From Eledone cirrhosa (Eukaryota), in assembly GCA_964016885.1 (NCBI GenBank), contig OZ024742.1:96596001-96660000 (forward strand): a DNA stretch of 64,000 nucleotides, in the 5' to 3' direction. Positions 27,800 through 43,074 of the stretch are shown piece by piece. A model generated the notes under the pieces. It saw nothing but the letters and a program-made list of their open reading frames with translations, was not told the DNA's origin and did not search any database. The position numbers and the translations under genes were made by a program. How positions within the stretch are numbered: the first letter of the stretch is position 1; each line of letters opens with the position of its first letter.

Positions 27800-29230
27800 A
27801 CAAGCGCCAGCCTCGTTGCTAACACCTTGGACGAAATTTTAAACTCTGAGTTGAGCAGAATTATAGGCCTGAAATTATCTCTATGGTCACCTTTGTTCTG
27901 GTCCTTTCTCAAGAGCGCTAACACTCCTTGACTCACAAAACTCGAAATTCCCTCATTCTGCTGCGAGTTGCGTAAACGTCAGCTAAGATGCCACCGATCA
28001 AATATTGCATGTTTTCTAAAGCTCGTAGTACAGAACAACCAAACAAGCGATTTGCTACTTATCGGTTCATCGTATCCCATATTTCCTCATCTGTTATCAG
28101 CTTTTCGCAGTACTCCATCTCCCTCACCGAGTGACGCTGCAGGCCATTGAGGTAGGCACTGAAATCCATTGCTCTATCCGGCCTGTCACTACACCAAATC
28201 ATTTGCGTAATGTGTTGCTGTAAAACCGCACACATCATCTTGAAATCGAGTAGCATGCGCCCATCATCATCCGCCAAAGTTCGAACGTTGGCTTTGTTGC
28301 TACGCCGTGCTTCCACTACTCGGGTCCATCGAACGGCTTTCATTCCGTAGTGTCTAAAAGCACGTGCCTTAGCTCTGACATAGCGCAGCTTTAGTGCTTC
28401 GCATTGAAGCATTGGTTGAGCACCAATCTCTGAGAGCACGCCAGCTGCGATACCTTTTCTAATGACTACTTCTATCTTTCTAACAAGTTCTCCCTCTAGT
28501 CTAGTTTATCAATACTCTTTTATTAAACCTTATCGATTCTACTCTAATTGCCCTATTCAGGGCAAACAACCATCGGTTGTTAATGATTGCCCCGTCAAAC
28601 CCGCTTAACTAATTCACTAATCTGGTCTTTGTAATCTTTGCACGCCGGGAATGAGACGTTCAGTTTCCAGTAACCGGGTCCCTATCCATGAAGGCTATGT
28701 TGAGTGTACAATCACAAATTTATGGTATCTGTCGTCGACTAATTTGAATTGCGGACAGCCTATGCTATCCCTATCTACTTCTCTACTGAATACATTATCT
28801 AGATACAAGCCGGAAAACCCGATCTAGTTTGACCATGTCCATATTGGCATATTCGGGAAATCGAGTTGATATTTGTCAGAGAATTGGAAATGTCAGCTAT
28901 TTTGTAAGTCTTTTAAACCCTCCTATCCTATCTGCTATTCCCACAATCACAGCGTGCGACAAAGATAACGTTCCATCTCCCATTAGTACTATGGAGCATA
29001 ACGTTCTTAGACAGTTGCCTAAGTGCCTGATGAAATCAAGCCACTAGTCTAAAAGCATTTTATTCACTGCTGGTCTCATCCAGCACTAACAACTTACACT
29101 CTGGACCCAGGAAGATGGTCCGTATAGGAGATTGAAGCCTTTCCAAAACAGCACATCGACTCCACTCCCAGATCCCAGACGGCTTAGAGATGTGTACACC
29201 TCATTGATCTTTTTAGAACACCCTAAACGT
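27800..29230 (-). mobile_element. L1/Tx1-clade LINE ORF2 relic (APE endonuclease to start of RT)
   Basis: GPGYWKLNVS (28653-28682), YLDNVF, CEKLITDEEIW, and DNFRPIILLNSEFKISSKVLATRL (~27805-27880). Confidence 0.85.
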
Positions 29231-31219
29231 GTTTAAAATCTGTAAATAGTGACCTACCTTCGGGAGATATTTTATTTCTGGTAACGATTGATATTAAGAT
29301 GACATTCGAAGTCATATTTGTATAACTTTCTCATTAATATGTTTCTAATAAAATACCCTGTGTTCCAATTAATTAATCAAGAAATTGGAAGCATTTACTA
29401 AAAGTAGCAACTATTTCATTGTCAAGATACTATTATCAACGCAAATTAACAACATTTTGTATATTACCCTTTGTAGTACATGAAACTGCATTAGTAAAAC
29501 AGTTTTTAAAATTACTAAGCATCACTATGACTTCGTCATGTTAAATTCCGAAATCTTTAGTTTTCTGTACATTATCAAAGCAATCTATTGATTAGAAAAA
29601 AACAATTATTAGAATCAACATATCTATTTTTAGATAGTTTCTGCGGAATTATTATAAGATGTTAAGAGCTAAAACAGTAGGTTTTGTTTCAGAGAATCAA
29701 AGCGAGTTTTGAATCGGTTGATATCAGAATGTTTAAGGATTAAATTGATCTATTTAAAATCTCTTACAACTTATTCTACAAGTCCCCAGTGAAATCAAAT
29801 GCAAATCAGATCCAGGAAGGATGTGAAACCTTAATCAAACAATACATAACTAAATTACACAAGGTATATACAGACAATGTTTCTGTCATATGTAAATAAA
29901 TAAACATAAATTAAAAAAGGCATGCTCTCAGTTAGAGATAAAATCTTTCATGGCATCATTTTCTTTTTTTCTTTCTTAAAATCCTCATAAGTATCGATGG
30001 TACCAATTTAGTCTCAGATGTGTAACAAATTTATCATGTAACTTTAATGAAGCATCACTGAAAAGCCCATTCTTTACATACATGCTGTGTATTTCTTTCA
30101 TCACTGCATCCATTGCTCAGTAACATTTAGTCAACGTGGAGTTAAGGCGATGATAAAATACTTGTTTATGCTCCATCGATCATATATATAATAACAGATG
30201 ATGATAAAACAAAGCTGCAATGAAAAACACTATGGACTGTTACTAAACCTGTGTTAAGGAAACAATCAAAAGATCTAGACACAAATGAATCTATTCATGA
30301 GCAAATAATACACAAAATGGCGTCTAAAGCCACCGTTTTTCTTCCAATTCATATTTAACAGCGAATAATTTATCTTCATATGTTTCGGAAAAGTTTTGAT
30401 TGCATTTTAAGACATGTTGAGATAAGCTGGTCAATAAACAGCTCTGAAATCGTTTCCATATTGGCAGCAAGACATTGGTTGATAAAAGGGAAGATGCTGT
30501 TTTATTTAAAAGTTTCCTTGCGTGTCTTTTTAACTATAATATTGTTCTCCTTTATATAAGGGTCGGTCGGTTGTGTGACAAATTGAAAGACGAAGCTGGA
30601 GATAAAAAATCTCTTCAATTTATTTATACTTTTGTTTTGCTCTGTTAATGTTTATGTTTTGTTTTTTGTTTGTTTGTTTTCTTCAATCGTATAGCTTTTT
30701 TCAGTTTGACTTCCATTATTATCACGCTGTTATCATTCTAACATCAGTGAATCATTTAGAAGTAATCAATGCAATGACAGTCTTCCATAATGCAGCAACC
30801 AGTATCCATTTTATAAAAACCAAAAAATCAAGATAGTAGCAGATAATTATGGCAAATCAAACAACCCCAATGACAACAAAACCATGAAAAGTATAAATAA
30901 ACACACACACACACAGACACAGACACACGCAGACACACAGAAACACACACACACACATACATAAATAGATGCAGTCAGAAAGTGTTCGGAGTGGGGAAGT
31001 TTTGAATAGAAAATGGCAAGATTGAAATCCCAAGATTGAAGAAACATTTTGTGATAATTTACTGCCGTTTTGAGTCAGATAAATAATTCTGTGTGTGATT
31101 CTGTGATTTGCAGGAAAGTGTCAAATATTTTATTGTTTTTTTTATATTTGATAATTAACACTGCATAGCAATATAAAATGACTGGGAGAAATCGTACTTA
31201 TGTTAGGTAGATGTTATCT

Positions 31220-31268
<49 letters not shown>

Positions 31269-31521
31269 GTAATAATAATATATCTTTCAGTGAAAATCTC
31301 TTTATCGGCAGAGTTGACATCCGTTGTAGTGTATTCCTAATTTCGGATGTATATACAACTGTCAGCAACAAAGCAATGGCTGGCTGATATAGTTTATATA
31401 TGTATCTCTTGATATGTCTTGATACCTATCGATATATATTGTGCTTTGTTGTTTTCATATAGTTTACATGAATTGCAACAGTATAAACAGCAGATGGCCT
31501 TTTAAATCTGTGATAAGATAT

Positions 31522-31693
31522 TTAACATTGGAATGGGGGATTGGAAGATAGATAGGAATACATAGTAAGTAACAGGGTAGTAATTGCAGAATGATGGAAT
31601 CTGAGATATTTTGATCTAGATCTATTTGATAATGGAGGCTGGCGGGTAGAATTCTTCTTCTGCCTTTTTCTACTACTTGTCTTTGAAAAATCA
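31522..31693 (-). CDS. Terminal coding exon of an unidentified gene
   Basis: Acceptor tttgcatttgttaatattttcag, phase 2, matching the upstream exon. Encodes (T)DFSKTSSRKRQKKNSTRQPPLSNRSRSKYLRFHHSAITTLLLTMYSYLSSNPPFQC*. About 2 kb of repeat-poor, 3'UTR-like sequence follows. Confidence 0.6.
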
Positions 31694-31922
31694 CTGAAAA
31701 TATTAACAAATGCAAAGAGCGTGATCCGGGCCTCACTCCAGGTAGAACCTCTACTTTTCCAAAACAAGGGATCACAGCTCCGATACTATGGATATCAGGT
31801 TAGAATATCTAAGGAAGAAATTGCTGGACCGATTCTTTTTGGCAATGCCGACTGGAATGAGATTCAAATGTAATCCACGAAAATGCTGGTTAAATAACAT
31901 ACATAAGTTCGGTTAGCCTTAC

Positions 31923-32009
31923 GTGAAGATCCACTGGAGCATTTCGGTAGGGTTCTTTCTGATAGGCTCCCCTGGAAGGCATTCCCGAAGAATCTTCCTC
32001 CATGGCCCA
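31923..32009 (-). CDS. Internal coding exon (87 nt, phase 2-2)
   Basis: Acceptor ttgcttatttattcctgag, donor AC|gtaagg. Encodes (S)GPWRKILRECLPGEPIRKNPTEMLQWIF(T). Confidence 0.65.
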
Positions 32010-33126
32010 CTCAGGAATAAATAAGCAAATAATAGTTTAAAGAGGTTAGTATGGAAAACACCATAGCAAGATATTAAGATTTATTATGTGATTTTGTTGT
32101 TGTTATCTGTGATGATAGTGGGTGAGAATAATGATGACCAGAATTGCAACAATAATTCTAGTTGTTCTAGTGATATTGGTTGCGAGGCGGTTATATATAT
32201 GATGCTCATTGCAATGATAATTACAATAGATGACAATAAAGGTGGGGCATGCATTAGTAATGACTGTGATGATGCTAATGATAATAATGATGATGATGCT
32301 AATGTGGATGATAATGAGAGATCCAGGGATACGCTGTGAGCTGTGATTCAGCAAGAGGATTAAACGATGAAAAACGACTAAAGAGTAATATGTGTGTGTA
32401 TGTGTAGCTGGTGGAGTCGCTATGAAGAATATACAAAAGTCACGCGGACACACACACACTGACCCTCACAGAATCAAGCGCATATACACACGTAAACACA
32501 CACTCACACAAAAACATAAACACACACATACACACACATTCACACAAACACAAAAGCATAAACACTCACATACCCATACACTCACACACGCTATGTTCCC
32601 TAACATAGCTGGAAGTATGTGGTTGAAATGGTTAACACAACTTGCTAACATATCCATTCTATTCTGACAAAATAAAAGAAAATATTATGAAACGCTGTTT
32701 TATTCTGAAACATCTAACTGCAGCATTTAAAGTAAAAAAACTAAATAATTTATGTCTTTCGTTACCAAATTGCCCGAAACCGCCTCTGGTTTTACGAAAT
32801 GAAAATGTTTGTTTTAAATTATTTATATTTATCTAAAAACATTCCATCCTAATTTTGTTATTCTCCAAACATCAGTTAAATAGTGAGAAAGTTAGTTAAT
32901 TTAATAATCTTTAAACATTCTTAATTATTTTTTAAATGAATTGAACATCATAGGTCGTGTCTTTCATTCAAAATATCTTAATGAAAGGGTGTTAACAAAA
33001 AGTATTGCCAAAATATTTAAAAGTAAAGGGAAAGGAGCCGATAATGAAACTGGGACAAGAAAACAATGTTTCCATTGCTAACACTATCTTCCGACGGAAA
33101 ATCCTAGCGGTTATATATATTATGTA

Positions 33127-34623
<1,497 letters not shown>

Positions 34624-35056
34624 CGTCAAGTAGTCACTTGAGATTTTGAAAATAAAGAAATGGCACCCTAGCTTCGGTAAGAAATTAGAAGTCAATGCTG
34701 CGTGAAACTAATAACTACGCCATATAATGAAAACATATTCTTCAAGATTGAAGTTGAAATTCTATACCTCATATCTAAAATACGAGTAAATCTCTAACCT
34801 TAGAAATAAATACACACATATACCTATACATGTATGTGTACATAATTATATACATATGTGGATGTATGTGTGTTGGTATATATCTATTATATACGTATAT
34901 ATATATATATAATACACGCACACATATAGATATATATATACATATCAATTATATTTGATATATCATATATATATATACATATATATATAATATATGTATA
35001 TGTATATATAATTATATATATATATATACATACATATCACTTATATTTGATATATC

Positions 35057-35160
<104 letters not shown>

Positions 35161-35185
35161 CTGTGTGTGTGTGTGTGTGTGTGTC

Positions 35186-35221
<36 letters not shown>

Positions 35222-35461
35222 TGTGTGTGTGGTGTGTGTGTGTGTAATACACACACACTGTAATATGAAATAAAGTTTCGCGACAATTCTTATTGTCCCT
35301 CTATAATACATACAGTCTGCAGACTGCAGCCGCATTAAACCTGAAGCAAAACCCAACGAGAGACGGACCCCGTAACAGCATCGATTGCTTGGATCAGCCT
35401 CACCACTAGTAACCACAAGTTACACACACACACGTACACAAACACACACACACGCACACAC

Positions 35462-35784
<323 letters not shown>

Positions 35785-35791
35785 CACACAT

Positions 35792-35860
<69 letters not shown>

Positions 35861-35889
35861 TATGTGTGTATGTATGTATATATGATGCT

Positions 35890-37320
35890 GTAGAAAGGAA
35901 TATCTACAGAGGAATAAAACTGATAGACCAAATTATGAAAGTAATGGAGTTTTAGAACAGCTAATTAGAGAGTGAGTCAAATTTGTTAGATGCAGTTCAG
36001 TTTTATGCCCATGAAATGTACTACAGATACCCTCATTATAGTCACACCATAACAAGAGAAGTTCCTAGCCAAGAATAAACAGCTATATCTAACTCTTGTT
36101 GGTGTAGAAAAGGTATTTGACAGAGTACCTCGTTTTGTTATATGGGTGGTCCTTAAGAAAATTAGGTGTAGAAGAACGGCTTGTGAGAACAGTGCAAACC
36201 ATGTACGGAGGGGCTATCAGTAAAGTGAGGACTTTATCGTGCAGAGAGTTGTTTATCTGGGTTACGTTCTCAGCCAACTGCTGTTCATGTTAGGTCCCCA
36301 AGACGCAACAGAAGATTTTAAGACTTCCTGTCCATGGAAACTTCTCTATGCTGATGACCAGTCCTTATAGCTGAATCCATAAACAAAACTAGAAAATAAG
36401 TTCCGAATATGGAAGTGAAAGATCTGAGAGTAAATTTAACCAAAACTAAAGTGGTAGTAAGTAGGACAAAAGATAGGACCCTGATTCCTCCAGAGAAGTG
36501 GCCCTGCTCATTATGTAGAAAAGTAGTAGTCATAAATTCTATGGGATTTACACTATGAAAGTCTTAGGAACACAAGAGATGCGTAGTGGGATAACGGTTT
36601 GTCTCACGGAGAGGGAAGATATAATTATAAAAAATGCACAGGGGTAATCGAGAAAGCGTGTCAGGGATAAAAATGTTTTCCAATCATATAAATGATCCAT
36701 AGAATTTGTTGATAGCTTCATCTATGTAGGTGACCTAATAGGCGGCGGAGAGAGGTGCTTTGAGAGCACAATAGTTAGAATAAGGATGGGATGGAAGACG
36801 TTTAGAGTGCTACCTCTACTGTTGAGAATAAAAGTTTTCTCTTTATAGACCAAAGATCGACTGTATGACGCCTGTCTGTGAAATATGATGCTACATTATT
36901 GTGAAACATGGGCAGTGACTGTAGAGGACATGCATAGACTGGAGATAAATTAAATCTATCATGCTTCATTGGATGAGTATTATAAATGTAAGACAAAGGC
37001 AGGGCCTGGATGAATTGATAGAGTAGCCGTGTTCAAGGGGAATCCAAGGTGGTGTGCAAATGAGAAGACTGGACATGTGATACGCATGGATGATGATCAT
37101 GGAGTGAAGGGGAGACAGGTAACCCACTGTTAGGTAGCCACACCAGAGGAGGACTAAGAAAGATCTAGGCGGATTTGGTGAGAACTGATCTTAAATCACT
37201 TAAACTCATAGAGATGACGAAGGGGCGCGACGAGTGGAGATATGTTGTGGTGAAAAGAACCCGACTGACCCATGCGAGTGTGGAAAAGCAGACGGATAAT
37301 AGATTATGATGATGATGATA
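35890..37320 (+). mobile_element. RTE LINE, decayed RT through (GAT)n tail
   Basis: EKVFDRVPR, CPWKLLYADD, FIYVGDLIGGG, RIRMGWK, followed by the family tail. Confidence 0.85.
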
Positions 37321-37323
37321 TAC

Positions 37324-37367
<44 letters not shown>

Positions 37368-37399
37368 ATGTATGTATGTATGTATGTATGTATGTATGT

Positions 37400-37705
37400 G
37401 CACCTGAGAATGCACAAGAACAGGGAAGCAGGCACCTGTGGAGTTATAAGTGTTCATCAGACGACGTAATGTTTGTGGAAGGGTATGCAGGTCGAGTAGT
37501 GATCTCACATGACACCTTGGGTCACATGGTTCCATGGGCCCAGCACTAGGTGTCAATAAATGTCACAAGTGTAGTGTTTGTACCAGAGTGTTCAAGTCGC
37601 TGGCTGGACTAAAAAGCCACACTCGTTCAGCGCATCGGTAGGGATTCTCCTGCATGGATATAAAGTAGTGGCCGTACTCGAAAACGAGTTGGCAGCCACC
37701 ATGTA
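37400..37705 (+). mobile_element. LINE 3' end with C2H2-like motif; second copy at 61653-61860 (-)
   Basis: 'gtaccagagtgttcaagtcgctggctggactaaaaagccacactcgttcagcgcatcggtaggg..tactcgaaaacgagttggcagcca' is near-identical to the reverse complement at 61.7 kb. Encodes VFKSLAGLKSHTRSAH. Confidence 0.75.
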
Positions 37706-37801
37706 TGTATGTATGTAAAAGGTAAACAGAAATAACAACATAATCGGTACAGTATATGGAAGGAATATATTAGGCTAACGCTTGAACTAGCAGGAAGAGG
37801 G

Positions 37802-37837
37802 TCTTAACGTTTTGGACGCTAGTCCTTCATCAGAAGA
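37802..37837 (-). ncRNA. Minimal hammerhead with a single core change (GAAA>AAAA)
   Basis: Minus strand reads TCTT-CTGATGA-A-GGAC-TAGC-GTCC-AAAA-CGTT-AAGA. Stems I and II are perfect and stem III is the palindrome ACGT. Confidence 0.65.
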
Positions 37838-38202
37838 AAGAATGAGAAATTATAAAGATTGAAGGGACAGGCAGGGCATAATGGGGAAAAAAATGTGTTT
37901 AGAGAAAAAAATAACATGTCCATCGTTGCCATAACGTTGCCATCTCTTGGACAACTATTGATGCTGGCGTTTTGCGTATGATTTACTTTTTTAGAAAAGT
38001 AGATGATGGAGTGCGTCTACCTGAAATAGAAAAAAATACGTTTTATATATAGATCTATACGTGTGCGTGTGCATGCATCATGAATGCACCTGTTATTTTT
38101 CTCTAAGAACATGTTTTCTGATATATTTATATTACATACATGCATGTATGTATGTATGTATGTATGTATGTATGTATGTATGTATGTATGTATGTATGTA
38201 GC

Positions 38203-39020
38203 TATGTATAAGCGGCTCCGGGACTGTGTCAGGGGCACCTTAGCTTGCGCTGGAATTTCATCTGACGAATGGGATAAAATGGCAAAGGAGCGTGTGAAGT
38301 GGAGACGTTCGATCAAATCAGGAAGTGATCACTTTGAAACTTGTCGAAGGGAACACCAAACACTGAAAAGGAAGTTGAGGAAAAGGGGCTGTTATGAACT
38401 ACCAGCTGTTGAGCAACATCTGGTTTGCCAGCATTGTGGTCGAGTTTGCCTGAGGAAAGGTAGACTGATAAGACATGAACAAATTCATATCAGTAGACCT
38501 CATGTGAGTAGGGCTACCTCCCTACTCACCACCATAGGCGCTAGCTGGCCAGCCGCAGGTGTGAACCCCGCGAGCTGGAGTGGCTCTTCCAGCGCGTCTC
38601 CCTTGCTGTCCTCCGGGGAAACGCCTTCTCCATCCTCTCCGCCGGGTCTGGGTGGGAGGGAGGAGCAACGTAACATTAAATATTTAAGTATGTGCACATG
38701 CTTAGCTAGTGCAGATATTGGCCCACTCTGTCATGTCTATATTTGCACTCTACTGGGGCTAAAACTTTATATCCATGATCTGAAAAGGTGTAGGGAATGT
38801 GGTAAGAAATATGCAAGCATGTGAAGTCTTAAAAGAAATATGAGAAAGCACAGTCAGAACCAAGCAGTGGAATGTCACAGAGGAGTCTACATTTGCCTTG
38901 TATGTGCCAGAGGGGGCATGTCTTTGGCTGGTTTGAAAAGCCACATTCGTGCCTCACATTTTGGAGAATTTTATCGGATGATGGGCATGCTCGAACACGA
39001 GTTTGTGGCCATCATACATA
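38203..39020 (+). mobile_element. RTE (BovB-like) LINE C-terminus with several C2H2 zinc fingers, interrupted by a GC-rich insert
   Basis: KRLRDCVRGTL..WDKMAKERVKWRRSIKSG..FE, then CQHCGRVCLRKGRLIRHEQIH, CRECGKKY..MRKH and CLVCAR..LAGLKSHIRASH. Ends in a (CATA)n tail. Confidence 0.8.
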
Positions 39021-39239
39021 CACATATATATTTAATATTTAAATGACTTCTGCAGGACTATAACTGTTTCATTTGAAGAAAATCATCAGGAAATCTCTAG
39101 TTCTAGTCGTATAGGAGCCATTTTCTATATTAAATATTTATACTATGCTTTGTATTGAGTACCTTACTGTGGTTACTCCCGATTGAACCTGATGACATGC
39201 ACACACACACCACACACATATGTATATTTATGTACACAC

Positions 39240-39335
<96 letters not shown>

Positions 39336-41309
39336 TGTTATAATTTGGGAGGGTCATGCTGCCAATAAAAACACATGCAACTAATGTTTAGCTTCAATTT
39401 CTTATAATATTCCGGTTGGTTGACTGGTTCGATACGCGGATGGTTGTTTATATATTGTCAAAGCTCTTTCGTTAGACATTCTGTAACATCCTCAGTGACT
39501 AGGTTTTATTTTGTGTGTCCTTCCGTTGTTCTGTCCTACACCATTTTCAGAAACGAAGTATATATATATATATACAGTTGTCATGACTACATATAATTAA
39601 ATTTACCTCAATGTCGAGAATATTCAAATTACTTATAGTATAATGGATTGCGAAGAAAGCCCTGAACATGACAAAATAATACAGCCAACATCAACTCAGA
39701 TATTAATAACGCGTGAGTGAGACAGGGATAAAGAGAGAGAGAGAGAGGGGGAGCAAGAGAGAGAACACCCCAAGCAGATATGTTATACGTTAATTAATTG
39801 TAGACCACAATTCTAAAAGGTTTTAGAGAAAACCTAAGAACAAAGAGATTTATTCTTGATCCATGATGTTAACCAGAAAATCATTATAATTTTTTTTTTC
39901 AGTTCAAACAATTTGCCCTTCAAGAGAAAGCCTATAGTGGGTTCACAATCATCATTACCACTTTTATCATCATCATCATCACCACTTTCATCATCATCAT
40001 CATCGAATATGCCATTATTCTCATCTGTTGAATTAGTTATTATTGTTCAAAACTAGACTCATCTTGATAATACATTACATATTTCACTTGGTGTCCACAA
40101 CAGAATGCCCTTCTTAACAGCAAGCATTTACTGAGTATATTGGCTGCATGTCAGTATGGCAAAATCACTAATAATTTAACCAGTGGATTGAATTTGTTTT
40201 AGCGTTGCACCAGCACTTCCTCACTTGAAAGTGAACGAAATGCATTTTTATCATGCCCCCAGCACTATGACTTTACAGAGTGGAGAGTGTGAATTTCATT
40301 GAGTCAGCATCATTACCACAATACTGTGGGTACTGGTTTCATTTTATTATTGCAAAAAATATCGTGATGTTATAGTGTACAAGGTGCATTTTATTGTGGC
40401 ACCAGTACTATGATTTTACAGGGTGTTCAGGATGCCTTTTAACTTGGCAAATAGAATAAGTACCAGCCTAAACTGAAAATAAATGCAATGATTGACTAAA
40501 TAACCCGGTCGAGCAACACACCATCTTCAGCCTACACACCAACACACACCCGGCCTTAACTCACCACCCCTCTTCCTTTAGCATTCGACCCCCCCCCACA
40601 CACAGACATCCACCACTAACATCACTAACACACTCCCTGTTTCACCGCCCCCTCCACTGCCAGCCCTCCCCCACCCCTCTGACCCACCCTACAGTAAGAA
40701 TACTAACCCACTCCACACACACACTACCACCCCCAAACCCCACTCACACACCCGCATTCAGCCCTTTCCCCACCACCAGCAATACTTACACTCTCTCTAC
40801 CACACACACTATCGCTCTCTTCCACACAAACACTATCTCTTTCTCTCTCTCTCACACACTATCCCTCTCTTCCACACGCACACACGCAAACTATTTCTCT
40901 CTTTCACACACACACACACACTATTTCTCTCTCTCTCTCTCTCTCTCCCTCACATACATATACATTCTCTCTCTCCCCCCCCTCTCTCTCTCTCATACAT
41001 GTATACACATATTCATTCACATACTCTCTCCACACGCCGTTTCAACACACTCACCAACTCACATACTACCTTACACTACAGGTCATCTTTCCAGCTATCC
41101 AAACTATCCATCCTATCACAGGCGGAATCTCCAGCATCTTGACTTGTCTCCCACTCCGTGAATACACCACAGGAACATCCACACAAACAAACACTTACAT
41201 TATTTTCGAACAACGCCATCATACATCCATAGCTTTGATTATTTTGACATCTCTCATATATTGTATTAAACATATATAAATATAAATATTCTTATTACTA
41301 TATATATAT

Positions 41310-41603
41310 ATATACGATATTAACAAATGGAAACTATATTTATAAAACCATATTTATTTCATTATACATATTTCAAGGACACCCATTAAATTATGGTGTG
41401 CTTTCATTAGATAAAATATAATATAGATCAGTTTTATAAATAAATATTGACATACCCTTAAAGAATGCAACCATTACTGTTGGAAGCTCCCGGACAGTAA
41501 TGGTTGCATTCTTTAAGGGTATGTCAATATTTACTTATAAAACTGATCTATATTATATTTTATCTGATGAAAGCACACCATAATTTAACTTGGTGTCCTT
41601 GAA

Positions 41604-41607
<4 letters not shown>
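41310..41607. mobile_element. Asymmetric fold-back element (113-bp arms, 13-nt loop) containing a hammerhead
   Basis: Arms at 41368-41480 and 41494-41607. Minus strand 41356-41417 reads ATTTTAT-CTAATGA-stemII-GAA-ATATGTAT-A-ATGAAAT. The plus arm has intact CTGATGA (41564) and GAAA (41601), then (TA)n. Confidence 0.8.
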
Positions 41608-41639
<32 letters not shown>

Positions 41640-41640
<1 letters not shown>

Positions 41641-41800
41641 AATGTTCAAGACGCCGACGGCAGAGATCAAGCCGTTTCGACGGCTTTCAGCTCTGCCGTC
41701 GGGGTCTTGAACATTTTCCTATTACCCACTCTACTACCCTAAGTATTGAGTACCCTGGTACCTTATGGTTCATCTGGTTCCTTACCACACTTCCAACGTT
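41640..41800. mobile_element. Asymmetric fold-back element, same family as 35566-35784
   Basis: ~36-bp arms around ttcg (41676-41679). The long arm continues cctattacccactctactaccctaag..ccttaccacacttcc to (TA)n. Confidence 0.8.
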
Positions 41801-42805
41801 ATATATATATATACATATGAGGTAGAAGCTGCTAAATAGTCGGTCGTCCTCTTGTCTCTGATTTTCAGCCCCATGGATTTTATCTGATATATTCCTTTGT
41901 TATATTTTGAATACCTATATCACCGGTTTCATACTGAACCCGGTCATTGAAATGATCATAGTATAATAAACCTTTCAAGGATTTACACCAGTCCAGCCTC
42001 CTGTTACTTTATAATATATATATAAATATATAATTTATATATATTCAATAAGGTGTTATATAATGTTTACTGTTACAGCAGTTAAATTATCAGTTTGGCA
42101 ATATATAACAGAGAAATGTTTGTAAACAAATGATGAAGGTTTTAGATACATCAAAGTTGTAGCTATCTAAAATACCACTATTGGCTACATTCTTTGCAGT
42201 AAAAGTCAAAAAGATTACAATTTGTTTCAAGGGTATATAGATGTAGATATATCAGAAGTATATAAGTGTATTTTAAGTCTTACAACAGAATAATCGGGCT
42301 CTGTAATGTATTTTAAATAATGTTTGTTTGGTTTTATCTGATCTGTGGAATAGAAAAATTTATTATTGATGATGTTTGTTGCTTTTAAATGAGAAATACG
42401 TTCTGTATCTTTTTTTTTTCCTTCATAATTGGATGTTGAGTTTTGGCAAACTAGAATGACTTTATACATCTCTATATATATAAAATATACGTATAAAAAT
42501 ATATATTAGTTAAAATAGTGTATAGAACAATAAAAGGAATTCGTTCCGGGCTTCTGCAGCAGTCTTAGGTCAAACTCCACTTGTGTCAACTTTGACTTTC
42601 ATTCTTTATGAGTCGATAAAAATGTACTGGGATTGATTCTCCTTCTACATCACTTTCTTCTTCTTCTTCTTCTTCTTCTTCTAGAAGAAGAATTTCACGG
42701 TTTTTGGCCATCGCCAGCCACCTAGTTCCAGCAAAAGGTGGGGAAGCAACCGACAGATATTTCTAGATGTGTGGTCGTCGTCAAGGTTACGCACATCTTC
42801 CTTAC

Positions 42806-42904
42806 CTCTTACTGGAACTCAAATAAGTCACAAAAATACAATGTTTGCGCAAATGTATATGGGCTGGTTTGTCATTTGAATACGGAGCTTTAGGCTGGCT
42901 CGGC
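42806..42904 (-). CDS. Internal coding exon (99 nt, phase 2-2)
   Basis: Acceptor ctaattctctttcttgttcag, donor AG|gtaagg. Only one frame is open: PSQPKAPYSNDKPAHIHLRKHCIFVTYLSSSK. It splices in frame to 32009. Confidence 0.7.
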
Positions 42905-43074
42905 CTGAACAAGAAAGAGAATTAGAGTGTTTGCCCCAATAAAGCTGTTTACATACTTGCATGCAGGGTTTGTATATCGAATAATATACGATGTGTTTAT
43001 GAAGACACATTTGAAAGATTTTTGCTATGAGATTTAAAGGGTTTTTGAGTGGCACAAATGGTTACAATAAATAC

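Noticed and set aside
31923-32003. Alternative reading MEEDSSGMPSRG.. as a first exon with a good Kozak context
   Set aside because: Splicing to the 31693 acceptor gives an immediate TGA, whereas the phase-2 frame fits both neighbouring exons.
38084-38824. Host C2H2 zinc-finger gene (246-aa ORF)
   Set aside because: The N-terminus is (TATG)n, and the rest is a LINE C-terminus with frameshifts and a retroelement tail.
39050-39096. Minus-strand CTGATGA...GAAAC..GTC
   Set aside because: There is no stem I complementarity and stem III is weak, so it may be chance.
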